64,000 bases of DNA from an uncultured Alphaproteobacteria bacterium. Its GTDB lineage: Bacteria > Pseudomonadota > Alphaproteobacteria > SHVP01. This document shows positions 54,999-64,000 of the stretch, one piece after another (positions within the stretch are counted from its first letter, which is position 1; the number at the start of each line of letters is the position of its first letter). The translations under genes and the position numbers were made by a program. Location: NCBI GenBank assembly GCA_964611585.1, contig CAZTAK010000001.1, positions 11,132 through 75,131 on the forward strand. Reading direction: 5' to 3'. The notes under the pieces were generated by a model. That model had not been told where the DNA came from. It was given only the letters and a program-made list of their open reading frames with translations, and did not search any database.

Positions 54999-56257
54999 GA
55001 CGACTCCTCGTTCGCAAGGGCAACCAGTGCTTCGGCGAGAACCCGGGCGCCGGCGGCAAGGTCCTCGGGTGTCGCGCTTTCGGCCTCGTTGTGGCTGAGA
55101 CCACGGGCACACGGGACGAAGATCATCCCCGACGGCGCAATGTCGTTCATGTATTTGGCATCGTGCAGCGCGCCCGAGATCATATCCATGTTGGGCAGCG
55201 CGAGCTCGGTGGCGGCTGCGCGGACGCGCGCGACGACGCTGGTATCGAAGGTGGTCGGCGGCACCGAATAGGTCTCTTTCACCGTCAACGGCAGGCCGCC
55301 CGCATGGCGCTCGCAAATGCCTTTGATGGCATCCCCCTTCCCGGTCAGCACGGCGAGATCCGGATGCCGGAAATCGACCGTAAAGAAGGCGCGCGCCGGC
55401 ACCGTGTTGGGTGAATTGGGCGATACCTCGAGGCGCCCGATGGTGAACCGCAGCACGTCGGTTTCGTCAGCCATCAGGTCGTGCATTTCGCTAATCATCG
55501 CCAGTGCAGCCTTCAGCGCATCCTTGCGCGCCGCGTTCGGCGTGGTGCCGGCGTGCGCCTCCTCGCCCAGAACCTCGACCGCAAACCAGCGGCAACCTTG
55601 AATGCCGGTGACGACGCCGACGGTCTTGTCTTCGTTTTCGAGACGCGGGCCCTGTTCAATGTGGGCCTCGATGTATGCCGCGACGGGGCTCCCGAAGGCG
55701 CGCGGCGTGGCGCCGGGCGTCGCCGCCAGCGATTGCGGCAGGGCGTCGCCGACCCGCACCCCGTCCCGGTCGCGTACGTCCAGCATTTCGGCAAAGTCCA
55801 TATTGCCCGCATACACGCCCGAGCCCATGGTCGCCGGCTGGAAACGCCCGCCTTCCTCGTTCATCCAGGCGACAAATTCGAGTGGCCGTCTGGTTTTTAG
55901 GCCGATGTCCTCGCACGCCTCAAGGACTTCAAGTCCCGCCATCACGCCGTAGGCGCCGTCGAACTTGCCGCCAGTCGGTTGGCTGTCGATGTGGCTGCCG
56001 GTGACGACCGGCGCCGCGTTCGGGTCTTCGCCCGCGCGGCGGAAAAAGAGATTGCCGATTTCGTCGATGTGGGTCGTAAAGCCACGCGCCTCGGCCCAGC
56101 CGCGGATCAACGCCCGCGCCTCGGCATCCTCGGGCGTCAGTGCCTCGCGGTTGACCCCGCCCTTTTTGGTGGCACCGATGGTGGCCAGGTCCATCAGGCG
56201 CTGCCACAGGCGGTCCTGCTGGACCGCCAGCGAAATCGGGCGATTGGATGGGGACAT
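54995..56257 (-). CDS. M20-family Zn-dependent amidohydrolase (N-carbamoyl-L-amino-acid hydrolase / allantoate amidohydrolase / beta-ureidopropionase type)
   Basis: The AmaB/AllC-like pattern is present (GSHIDSQPTGGKFDG, the His/Glu metal ligands). A 4-nt overlap links it to the downstream D-carbamoylase gene. Confidence 0.8.
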   Translation of the reverse strand: MSPSNRPISLAVQQDRLWQRLMDLATIGATKKGGVNREALTPEDAEARALIRGWAEARGFTTHIDEIGNLFFRRAGEDPNAAPVVTGSHIDSQPTGGKFDGAYGVMAGLEVLEACEDIGLKTRRPLEFVAWMNEEGGRFQPATMGSGVYAGNMDFAEMLDVRDRDGVRVGDALPQSLAATPGATPRAFGSPVAAYIEAHIEQGPRLENEDKTVGVVTGIQGCRWFAVEVLGEEAHAGTTPNAARKDALKAALAMISEMHDLMADETDVLRFTIGRLEVSPNSPNTVPARAFFTVDFRHPDLAVLTGKGDAIKGICERHAGGLPLTVKETYSVPPTTFDTSVVARVRAAATELALPNMDMISGALHDAKYMNDIAPSGMIFVPCARGLSHNEAESATPEDLAAGARVLAEALVALANEESS

Positions 56258-56510
56258 AAACGGACGACCTTTCGTGGACTTGGTGCCGCGCGGCACAGAA
56301 AACCGCCGCACCCCGGCAGAGCAGACAAGCTCCACCCGTTTCTGGACGCGGTAAGAGTGGGTCCCTATTATTCCGCCCCAAGGCGTGTTGTCCACCGCCA
56401 AACCCGGAAGCCGGAGCCGCATCGGCGCTCGTCCTTCCGGGCTGCCGTTTCCGGGCGCTACCGGAACACAGGCCCGGGTCGGGGCCGCGCCGCCAGGGAG
56501 GAATCAGTCG

Positions 56511-58589
56511 ATGCAATTGGTTGGTGTCGATGTCGGGGGCACGTTTACCGACATCGTCTATACGGATACGGACGATAACCGGACCATCATCCACAAGGTC
56601 CCGACGACACCCGAGGACCCGTCGAAGAGCGTCATGCAGGGGCTTTACGAATTGTGCGAGCGCAATGGGATCGACCGCAACGGGGTCGATCATGTGCTAC
56701 ATGGCACCACCATTGCCACCAATGCCGTGCTCGAAAATGACGGCGCGCATACCGGCATGATCACCACCAAGGGCTACCGCGATATTCTGCACATCGGCCG
56801 GCATCAGCGCCCACAGCACTATTCGATCATGCAGGAAATCCCCTGGCAGAACCGGCCTCTGATCCGGCGCCGCCACCGCAAGACCGTGACCGAACGTATT
56901 GCGGCGCGGGGCGACGTGCTGGCGCCGCTGAACGAAGACGAAGTGCGTATCGCCGCCCGCGCGCTGAAGGACGAAGGCGTCGAGTCGATTGCGGTGTGTT
57001 TCCTGTTTTCCTATATCGACCCCGGCCACGAAGAGCGCGCCGCCGAGATCGTGCGCGAGGTGTACCCCGAAGCCTTCGTCACGACCTCGTCCTCGGTGAC
57101 GCCCCAGTTCCGCGAGTTCGAGCGCTTTACCACCGCGGCGATGAACGCCTTTGTCGGCCCCAAGGTACGGACCTACGTCTCGAAACTCGCGAACAGCATC
57201 CGCGACGGCGGGATGAAGGCCGATCTGCATATCATGGGCTCGAACGGCGGGATCGCAACGGCGGGCCTTGTCGCCGAACGCCCGGTGCTGACGCTGCTGT
57301 CGGGACCGGCGGCGGGCGTCCTTGGCGGGGCGTGGTGCGGCGAGGTCGCGACACGCGAAAAACTCATCACCTTCGATGTCGGTGGAACTTCGGCCGACAT
57401 CGGTATCGTCACCGAAGGGCGGTTCGGCGAAGCGACCGCGCGCGATACCTGGATCGCAGGATTTCCGTTGATGGTGCCGATGATCGACGTTCATTCGATC
57501 GGCGCCGGCGGCGGCTCGATCGCGTGGCGCGATTCGGGCGGCACCTTCCGGGTCGGCCCGCGCAGCGCCGGATCGCAACCGGGCCCCGCCGCCTACGGGC
57601 GCGGCGGCAAGTTGCCGACGGTAACCGACGCCAACGTGGTTCTGGGACGGCTCAGCGCCGACAATTTTCTGGGCGGCGAAATGGACCTCGATGTCGAGGC
57701 GGCGACGCGGGTGATTTCCGCCTTCGCGAAGGAACTCGATCTCGGACTGCATGACTGCGCCGAAGGAATATTGACAATCCTCAACGCCAATATGGCGAAC
57801 GCGATCCGCTCGCGTACCGTTCAGAAGGGTATTGACCCGCGCGACTATGCGCTGGTCGCCTTCGGCGGCGCGGGGCCCTTGCATGGGGTGGCGGTGGCGG
57901 CGGAAATGGGAATCCAGGAAGTTTTGATTCCGCCTTACCCGGGTATCACCTCCGCGGTCGGCCTGTTGACGACCGATCACAAGTACGATGCGATTCGTAC
58001 CGAATTCCAAGTCCAGGGCGAAGTCGATACCGCCCGCCTCATGCGCGACTTTGAGGCGATGGAATCGGGGCTCGCCAACCAGTTCCGCGAAGAGGGCCTC
58101 GATGCCGATCAGGTAAGCTTCCTCCGTTCGGGCGATTTGCGCTATCTCGGCCAGGGCTATGAGCTCCGGATCGACCTTTCCGAAGGCGACCTCGACGCGG
58201 CCGCCCTAAAGGCCCTGTGGGCACAGTTTCATGGCTCCCATCTCAAGGACTACGGCCACAACTACCCCGATACGGAAATCGAAATCGTCAATATCCGCGT
58301 TTCGGGCGTCGGCACCATGCCCAAGATCGGAACCCCCTCGCTCGATGGTGCGAAACGGTCATTCGAGGCGGCGCTGGTCAAGCGCGATGCCTGCCACTTC
58401 CGCGTGGACGGCGTGCTCGACAGTTTCGAGACCGCGTTCTACCAGCGCGAGACCCTGCCGCTGGAACAGGACATCGCCGGCCCCGCCATCATTTTGCAAA
58501 AAGACACCACCACCGTAGTGCCGCCTGGCGCCACCGCCCGCGCCGATACCGGCGGCAACCTGTTCATTCGCCTGGGAGGAACACCATGA
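56511..58589 (+). CDS. hyuA: hydantoinase/oxoprolinase family, subunit A (ATP-dependent N-methylhydantoinase A-like)
   Basis: An RBS (GGGAGGAA) is present. The product begins [16 protein letters not shown] and has the hydantoinase_A domain. Confidence 0.85.
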   Translation: MQLVGVDVGGTFTDIVYTDTDDNRTIIHKVPTTPEDPSKSVMQGLYELCERNGIDRNGVDHVLHGTTIATNAVLENDGAHTGMITTKGYRDILHIGRHQRPQHYSIMQEIPWQNRPLIRRRHRKTVTERIAARGDVLAPLNEDEVRIAARALKDEGVESIAVCFLFSYIDPGHEERAAEIVREVYPEAFVTTSSSVTPQFREFERFTTAAMNAFVGPKVRTYVSKLANSIRDGGMKADLHIMGSNGGIATAGLVAERPVLTLLSGPAAGVLGGAWCGEVATREKLITFDVGGTSADIGIVTEGRFGEATARDTWIAGFPLMVPMIDVHSIGAGGGSIAWRDSGGTFRVGPRSAGSQPGPAAYGRGGKLPTVTDANVVLGRLSADNFLGGEMDLDVEAATRVISAFAKELDLGLHDCAEGILTILNANMANAIRSRTVQKGIDPRDYALVAFGGAGPLHGVAVAAEMGIQEVLIPPYPGITSAVGLLTTDHKYDAIRTEFQVQGEVDTARLMRDFEAMESGLANQFREEGLDADQVSFLRSGDLRYLGQGYELRIDLSEGDLDAAALKALWAQFHGSHLKDYGHNYPDTEIEIVNIRVSGVGTMPKIGTPSLDGAKRSFEAALVKRDACHFRVDGVLDSFETAFYQRETLPLEQDIAGPAIILQKDTTTVVPPGATARADTGGNLFIRLGGTP

Positions 58590-60388
58590 CCGGCCCAAGC
58601 CCCGTCGCCGGGCGCGGCGACAACGGCCCTGCCGTCGATCCGATCACGGCGTCGGTAATTCAGGGCGCGCTTGAAAGCATCGCCATCGAGATGGGCTACA
58701 AGCTGATGCGTATGGCGTATTCGTCGATCATCCGGGAATCGGAAGACTTCGGCGCCGCGCTCGTCGATACCAAGTGCCGCCAGTTGTGCGAAAGCAAGCA
58801 GTCGACGCCGCTGCAATCGGGTCCGATCCCGGGTTACATCAAGGGCATTCTGAAAACCCTGAAGGCGCGCGGCGAAGCGATCGAGCCCGGCGACGTCATC
58901 ATGCACAATGACCCCTACGGTGGTTCGTCCCACGGCCCGGACGTGCTGTTCGCAGTGCCGGTGTTTCACGACGGTTCCCTGATCGGATTTGCGGCCACGA
59001 CCGCGCATCATCTGGATATCGGCGCGCTGTCACCCGGCAGTTGCGGCATCGTCGATGCGATGGACGTCTATGCCGAGGGCCTGCAGTTCAAGGCGATCAA
59101 GGTGTACGACCAGGGCGTCAAGAACGACATGGTGTGGCACATGTTGCGCGACAATATCCGCGCCTCGCACCTGGTGGTAGACGACATGGAAGCGCAGATC
59201 GCCGCCGCTCGAATCGGTGGCGAGCGGTTCCTGGAACTTGCGAACCGATATGGCATCGACACCGTCAACGCCGCCGCCGAGGCATTGATGGATGCATCCG
59301 AGCGCATGATGCGCGACGCCATCGCCAAGATTCCGGACGGAACCTATTCGGCCACCGGCCATATCGACGGTTACGAACTGAGTGACAATCCGAAAGAAAA
59401 GGAACTTCCCATCGTCGTCACCGTCACCGTCGAGGGCAATGATATGACCGTCGACCTGACCGGCACGGCGGATCAGATCGACCTGCCGATCAACATGCCG
59501 CTCGAGGGCACGGTCGATGTCGCGATCTGGCTGACGGTGCGCTCGATCCTGGTGGATACTGCCGTCTACGGCCATGTTCCGCAAAATTCAGGACTTACCC
59601 GGCCGATCAAGATCATCGTGCCGCCGGCGACGCTGGCCAACCCGGAATTTCCGGCGCCGGTCATCGCGCGTTTCTCGCCCGGCGTCATCATTGCCGACAC
59701 CCTGATGCGGGCGTTGGCGCAAGCCGTGCCGCGACAAGTCTCGGCGGGGGTCGGAAATCTCAAGGTGATCGCGTTCTCGGGCCTCGAAAAGGGGCGCCAC
59801 TGGGTCCACATGGAAATCTTCGAGGGCGCCTACGGCGGGCGCCATGGCATGGACGGGATGGATGCGGTCGATACGCTCTATGCCAACACTCGCAACAACC
59901 CGATCGAAGACATTGAGACCCACCTGCCGCTGCGGGTGGATCGCTATGAACTGCGCGAGAACATGGTGCCGGCCGGCGAATGGCGGGGCGGCATTGGTGC
60001 GATCCGCGAGTTTTCGTTCAAGGCCGACGGCGGCTATTCGGTCGAGGGCGAAGGCCACATGTTCAGGCCTTGGGGCTTTTCAGGCGGCGCCGAAGGCGAT
60101 CCGGCTGAACTTCAGTTCCGCACCGCGGCCGGGGTGGCGTCGGATCTGCCCTCGAAGCTCCCCTACCAGCCGGCTACCACCGGCGATACCTTCCTCGCGG
60201 TCGGGCCCTGCGGTGGCGGCTACGGCGACCCGCTGGCGCGCGACCCGGAGAAGGTCCGCGACGACGTGCTCGACGGGTATATCGGGACCGAGACCGCGCT
60301 TGCCGATTATGGCGTTGTCCTGACCGAGGCGCTTGAAGTCGACGCCGCCGCCACCGAAACGACCCGCAGCGAACGCCGCGCCGCGTGA
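58586..60388 (+). CDS. hyuB: hydantoinase/oxoprolinase family, subunit B
   Basis: ATGA overlap with the hyuA stop. An RBS (GGAGGA) is present. The hydantoinase_B domain is present ([12 protein letters not shown]). Confidence 0.85.
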   Translation: MTGPSPVAGRGDNGPAVDPITASVIQGALESIAIEMGYKLMRMAYSSIIRESEDFGAALVDTKCRQLCESKQSTPLQSGPIPGYIKGILKTLKARGEAIEPGDVIMHNDPYGGSSHGPDVLFAVPVFHDGSLIGFAATTAHHLDIGALSPGSCGIVDAMDVYAEGLQFKAIKVYDQGVKNDMVWHMLRDNIRASHLVVDDMEAQIAAARIGGERFLELANRYGIDTVNAAAEALMDASERMMRDAIAKIPDGTYSATGHIDGYELSDNPKEKELPIVVTVTVEGNDMTVDLTGTADQIDLPINMPLEGTVDVAIWLTVRSILVDTAVYGHVPQNSGLTRPIKIIVPPATLANPEFPAPVIARFSPGVIIADTLMRALAQAVPRQVSAGVGNLKVIAFSGLEKGRHWVHMEIFEGAYGGRHGMDGMDAVDTLYANTRNNPIEDIETHLPLRVDRYELRENMVPAGEWRGGIGAIREFSFKADGGYSVEGEGHMFRPWGFSGGAEGDPAELQFRTAAGVASDLPSKLPYQPATTGDTFLAVGPCGGGYGDPLARDPEKVRDDVLDGYIGTETALADYGVVLTEALEVDAAATETTRSERRAA

Positions 60389-60518
60389 ATCATGGGCGGC
60401 CCGGCGGGGGGGGCGGGAGGCAGGGGATAATCCTGCTGCTGGAAGGTAGAATCGCCGGGCTCTTGCGTTCGGCCCATCTTGTCCTTCATGGTTCCCACAC
60501 CCGGGCTCCCGGGCCGGA

Positions 60519-62315
60519 TTGGCTTGCCGAACGATGACCTTCGATCAAACCGCAATATTCGTCATTCTTGCGCTCGCCCTCGCCGGATTCATCTGGGGGC
60601 GGTGGCGCTATGACGTCGTCGCCTTTGCGGCCCTGATCGCCGCGGTTCTGGTGGGGGTGGTGCCGTCGGGCGAGGCCTTTCTCGGTTTCGGCCATCCCGC
60701 CACAATCACCGTGATCGGTGTGCTGATCATGAGCCGGGCCCTGCTGAATTCAGGCGCGGTCGATCTTCTGGCCGACCGCCTGACCCCGGGGACCCGGACC
60801 CCGGCGACGCATATCGGCACCCTGATCGGGATTGGCGCGCCGTTGTCGGCGATCATGAACAACGTCGGGGCGCTGTCGCTGCTGATGCCGGTGGCGGTGC
60901 AGTCGGCGATCAAGGCCAAGCGGTCGCCTGCGGTCATCCTGATGCCGCTGTCGTTCGGAACCATCCTCGGCGGGCTGGTAACGCTCATCGGGACGCCGCC
61001 CAACATTATCGTCGCCACCTACCGTGGCCGGGTCGCGGATGCGCCGTTCGGCATGTTCGACTTTACGCCGGCCGGTGCGGCGGTGGCGGTGGCGGGCGGG
61101 CTGTTTGTGGCATTGATCGGCTGGCGGCTGATTCCGAAATCGCGCCGCGCCGCACCGCCGCCGGGCGAACTGTTCCACATCGAGGACTACGTTGCCGAGG
61201 CCAAGGTGCCCGCCGGGTCGCCCTCAATCGGCAAATCGTTGGGCGAAATCGACGATGACGCCCGCGAGCAGGACGTCGTTGTCATCGGCCTGATTCGGGA
61301 CCGCATGCGCATTTTCGCCGCCGCACGCCACCAGCACATTCAGGAAGGCGACATTGTGGTGCTCGAGGCGGCGGCCAAACGAATCGACAAGTTCGTCACC
61401 GAAAGCGGGTTGGAACTGGTCGGCACCGAAGAGGAAGCGACCGCGTTCCTGAAAGCCGAACACATGACCGTCGGCGAGGTGGTGGTTTCGCCGGGCGCCC
61501 GCATCGAAGGCCGCAACGCCCGGGACCTGCGTCTTGCGGGCCGTTATGGGGTCAACCTGCTGGCGATTTCGCGCCAGGGCCAGCCCATTACCGCCCGCCT
61601 CAATTCGGTTCGATTCCGGGCCGGCGATGTGCTCCTGTTTCAGGGCGAACCCGAGCGCCTCAATCAGGTGAACTCGGCACTGGGATTGCTGCCGCTGGCG
61701 GAGCGGTCGTTGCAGATCGGCCGCGCCCCGCAGGCGGGCCTGACGGTGGCGATCTTTGCCGCCGCCATTCTGGCCGCAACATTCGGGGTGATGTCATTGC
61801 AGATTGCCTTGGGCCTTTCGTCGATTGCGGTCGTGGTGCTGCGGATCGTTCCGCTGACGCAACTCTACGAGGCGATTGACTGGCCGGTAGTGGTTCTGCT
61901 GGGGGCGATGATGCCGATTGGCGAAGCGCTGGAAACCACCGGCGCCACCCAAATGATGGTGGGCGCGATCGGCGGCCTGTCGGAGGGGGTTTCGCCCCTG
62001 CTGATTCTCGCGCTCCTGTTGATCGTCACCATGACGCTTTCGGATGTGATGAACAATGCGGCGACAGCCGTGGTCGCGGCGCCCATTGCCTTCGGCGTCG
62101 CGCAATTGCTGGGACTCAACCCGGACGCCTTCCTGATGGCGGTTGCGATCGGCGCGAGTTGCGCGTTCCTGACCCCGATCGGCCATCAGAACAATGCGCT
62201 GATCCTCGGCCCCGGCGGCTATCATTTCGGCGACTACTGGCGCATGGGGCTGCCGCTGGAGGTGCTGATCGTGGTCGTCGCGGTGCCGATGATCGCCTGG
62301 GTGTTCCCGCTCTAG
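60519..62315 (+). CDS. SLC13/DASS-family anion permease with two internal TrkA-C domains
   Basis: Two membrane halves with SLC13-type hairpins (NNVGALSLLMP / NNAATAVVAAP) flank two TrkA_C-like regulatory domains. Confidence 0.8.
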   Translation: MACRTMTFDQTAIFVILALALAGFIWGRWRYDVVAFAALIAAVLVGVVPSGEAFLGFGHPATITVIGVLIMSRALLNSGAVDLLADRLTPGTRTPATHIGTLIGIGAPLSAIMNNVGALSLLMPVAVQSAIKAKRSPAVILMPLSFGTILGGLVTLIGTPPNIIVATYRGRVADAPFGMFDFTPAGAAVAVAGGLFVALIGWRLIPKSRRAAPPPGELFHIEDYVAEAKVPAGSPSIGKSLGEIDDDAREQDVVVIGLIRDRMRIFAAARHQHIQEGDIVVLEAAAKRIDKFVTESGLELVGTEEEATAFLKAEHMTVGEVVVSPGARIEGRNARDLRLAGRYGVNLLAISRQGQPITARLNSVRFRAGDVLLFQGEPERLNQVNSALGLLPLAERSLQIGRAPQAGLTVAIFAAAILAATFGVMSLQIALGLSSIAVVVLRIVPLTQLYEAIDWPVVVLLGAMMPIGEALETTGATQMMVGAIGGLSEGVSPLLILALLLIVTMTLSDVMNNAATAVVAAPIAFGVAQLLGLNPDAFLMAVAIGASCAFLTPIGHQNNALILGPGGYHFGDYWRMGLPLEVLIVVVAVPMIAWVFPL

Positions 62316-62348
62316 CCAGCGTCACCGCGGCGAAGACGACGCCCCCGG

Positions 62349-62975
62349 TCACAGATCGATAGTGCGGCGCGCCAGCGCCCGGTCCCATTTCGAATCGATT
62401 GCCGGGTCGAAAAGGAATTCGGCGTCCCCCGGCAGGACGAACCAGCCGCCTTGGTCCAGTTCGCGTTCGAGTTGGCCCGGCCCCCAGCCCGAAAACCCGA
62501 ACGCCAGCAGACGGTCCCGCGGCCCCTCGCCGCGAGCGATCGCTTCGAATATTTCGCGCCGCGAGGTCATGGAAACCGCCTCGCTCACCTCGACGGTCCC
62601 GTCCTGAATGTAGTCGGTCGAATGGATCACGAACGCCGCCTCCGGCTCGACCGGTCCGCCGTAGTGAACCCGAACGATTTCCCGGTTGTCGCCGGCATCG
62701 ATCCCGAGATTCCGCATCACCTCGGCGACGGGCCAGCGGCCGACCGAGCGGTTGATGACAATCCCCATCGCACCGCCCGCGTCATGGCGCACCATGTAAA
62801 TTATGGTGTGAAAAAAATTGGCGTCCCGCAGTTCGGGCTCCGCCACCAGAAAACGCCCGCGCAAACTCTCGGGTGCCTCCTGCGCAGGGGCGGGCTCCGG
62901 TGCCGACAGCAGGACGGCAAGGCCAAGACCGAGAACGGCGGCGAGACGACGCCATCGGATGCGCCCAGTGATCAT
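62349..62975 (-). CDS. YqgE/AlgH (UPF0301) family protein with signal peptide
   Basis: The product LRGRFLVAEPELRDANFFHTIIYMVRHDAGGAMGIVINR is characteristic of the family. Confidence 0.75.
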   Translation of the reverse strand: MITGRIRWRRLAAVLGLGLAVLLSAPEPAPAQEAPESLRGRFLVAEPELRDANFFHTIIYMVRHDAGGAMGIVINRSVGRWPVAEVMRNLGIDAGDNREIVRVHYGGPVEPEAAFVIHSTDYIQDGTVEVSEAVSMTSRREIFEAIARGEGPRDRLLAFGFSGWGPGQLERELDQGGWFVLPGDAEFLFDPAIDSKWDRALARRTIDL

Positions 62976-64000
62976 GGCACAGCGTTAGACCAGCCCCGGG
63001 ACCAGCACAAGGCGCACTGACGCGGTCCACCGGGCAAAAGCGGCGCAGCCCCTTCCAGACCCGCCAATCCGAGGCGGCGATACCGACAACCTGGCACCGC
63101 AGTCAGCGTTCCACCGGCCCAATCCACAACATGTTGGGTAGATATCCCGAGAGAACACAAAAATCGGTTGCAGGTCCGATTCGGGGCGGGTAGGATTCGT
63201 ACAAGCTGAACGCCAGGGCTGCACAGGTAATGGGACCCTGCGCACTGACCTCCCGCGAGAGGCACACCCTGACGTTCTGGAGCCGCTCAAGCCCCTGACA
63301 CGCGCAAGTGGACGGGGTTTTTCCGTTTCAGGGCCCCGCGGCGCCGTTGCCGGTACCGCACAACCCCTTGCGGGAGCCTGCCAAAGACCGCCCTCCCAAC
63401 CCGTGGCCGCAGTCGCCCGAAGACAACGCCGACCCAGACCCGGAAAGGTAGCCCGCCCGACCGCCTGCCGCCCGAACCCGGCCCCCGAAAGAGTCGGACC
63501 CCGGCACAGGCCCCGTTGCGTCCGCCCGGCTGGCGGCCGGACCTTCCCGAAGGAAGGGCCGAACCGGTCACCGAACCCGAAACCCTGCCCCGGCCCCAGC
63601 AACTGGCGCCCGAAGGCGTCCAAGACTGAAACCCGGACCCGGATCCCGGCCGACGGGCCCGACCGGCCAGCGTACGCTCCAAAGGAGGGACCTCCCCAGA
63701 AACGCACGACCAAGCGTTCGAAGCACCATCGCGGTGGAGACCCACCGGTCCCCGAACGAACATTCCACCTAGCAGCGAAGTCGTCCCCTCGGAAACCTCC
63801 CCGATCCGCGCGGCCGCCAAATTCCCCGAAAGAAACCCGCCGACCACTCCGAACCAAGGACCGTCACGCTCACGCGTGCATGGAAAGTGTGCAGAAGCGA
63901 AGCCGCGCTGGCAACGAAATTCGTCATTCTGGGTGAAAAAAACTGTGTAAAACCAACGGCTTATATCACATAACACAAACAATTTTTCCACAGCCTTGTA

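Noticed and set aside
63403-63936. A 177-aa Pro/Lys/Arg-rich ORF (PKEGP repeats) as a possible histone-like basic protein
   Set aside because: Third-codon positions are A-rich, unlike local genes. It has no start context or RBS. The repetitiveness derives from the CCCGAA nucleotide motif, which is more consistent with RNA or structural repeats.

Overview
This is a 64 kb high-GC (about 65%) chromosomal segment that looks alphaproteobacterial. It is densely packed with about 65 protein-coding genes. I found no rRNA or tRNA genes, no CRISPR array and no transposase, integrase or phage genes.

The contents are mostly metabolic and signalling genes:
- A gene for a GST-Xi (YqjG-like) enzyme.
- A putative cell-envelope operon: an SDR oxidoreductase, two paralogous genes that each encode a tandem-duplicated alpha/beta-hydrolase fold with a non-canonical His at the nucleophile elbow, a GT9 heptosyltransferase and an AhpD-like protein.
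- An archaeal-type LeuCD-like dehydratase, an ICL/PEP-mutase-family lyase and a two-subunit CoA-transferase. This resembles a branched-chain dicarboxylate (dimethylmalate-like) degradation module.
- Two PuuE-type cyclic-amide hydrolases next to an isochorismatase-family amidohydrolase.
- korAB (2-oxoglutarate:ferredoxin oxidoreductase) next to an FprA-type NADPH:ferredoxin reductase.
- An Mla/Pqi-type lipid ABC system and a Dpp-like peptide ABC importer.
- Several cyclic-nucleotide and phosphorelay genes: GAF/HD-GYP, a degenerate GGDEF-EAL protein, a GAF-GAF-PAS adenylate cyclase, and REC/Hpt pairs.
- pgk.
- A hydantoin utilization cluster: ATP-dependent hydantoinase hyuAB with both a D- and an L-type N-carbamoyl-amino-acid hydrolase. 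Two unlinked hydantoin-racemase homologs are also present.

The unusual points are:
- Four otherwise intact, family-conserved genes carry an in-frame stop (three TAG, one TGA) at mid-domain positions. TAG is also used as a genuine terminator in the same window.
- A perfectly phased 5x16-bp CCCGCGCA direct-repeat array sits immediately upstream of a RidA gene.
- A two-copy REP/MITE-like intergenic element is present; one copy carries an inserted tRNA-like fragment.
- There is a 38-bp GC-palindrome tandem array.
- Inside a coiled-coil gene that is translationally coupled to the adenylate cyclase there is a 114-bp tandem repeat.
- The last ~1 kb of the window is GC-rich, apparently non-coding and enriched about tenfold in CCCGAA / UUCGGG-hairpin motifs. 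It may be a structured RNA.
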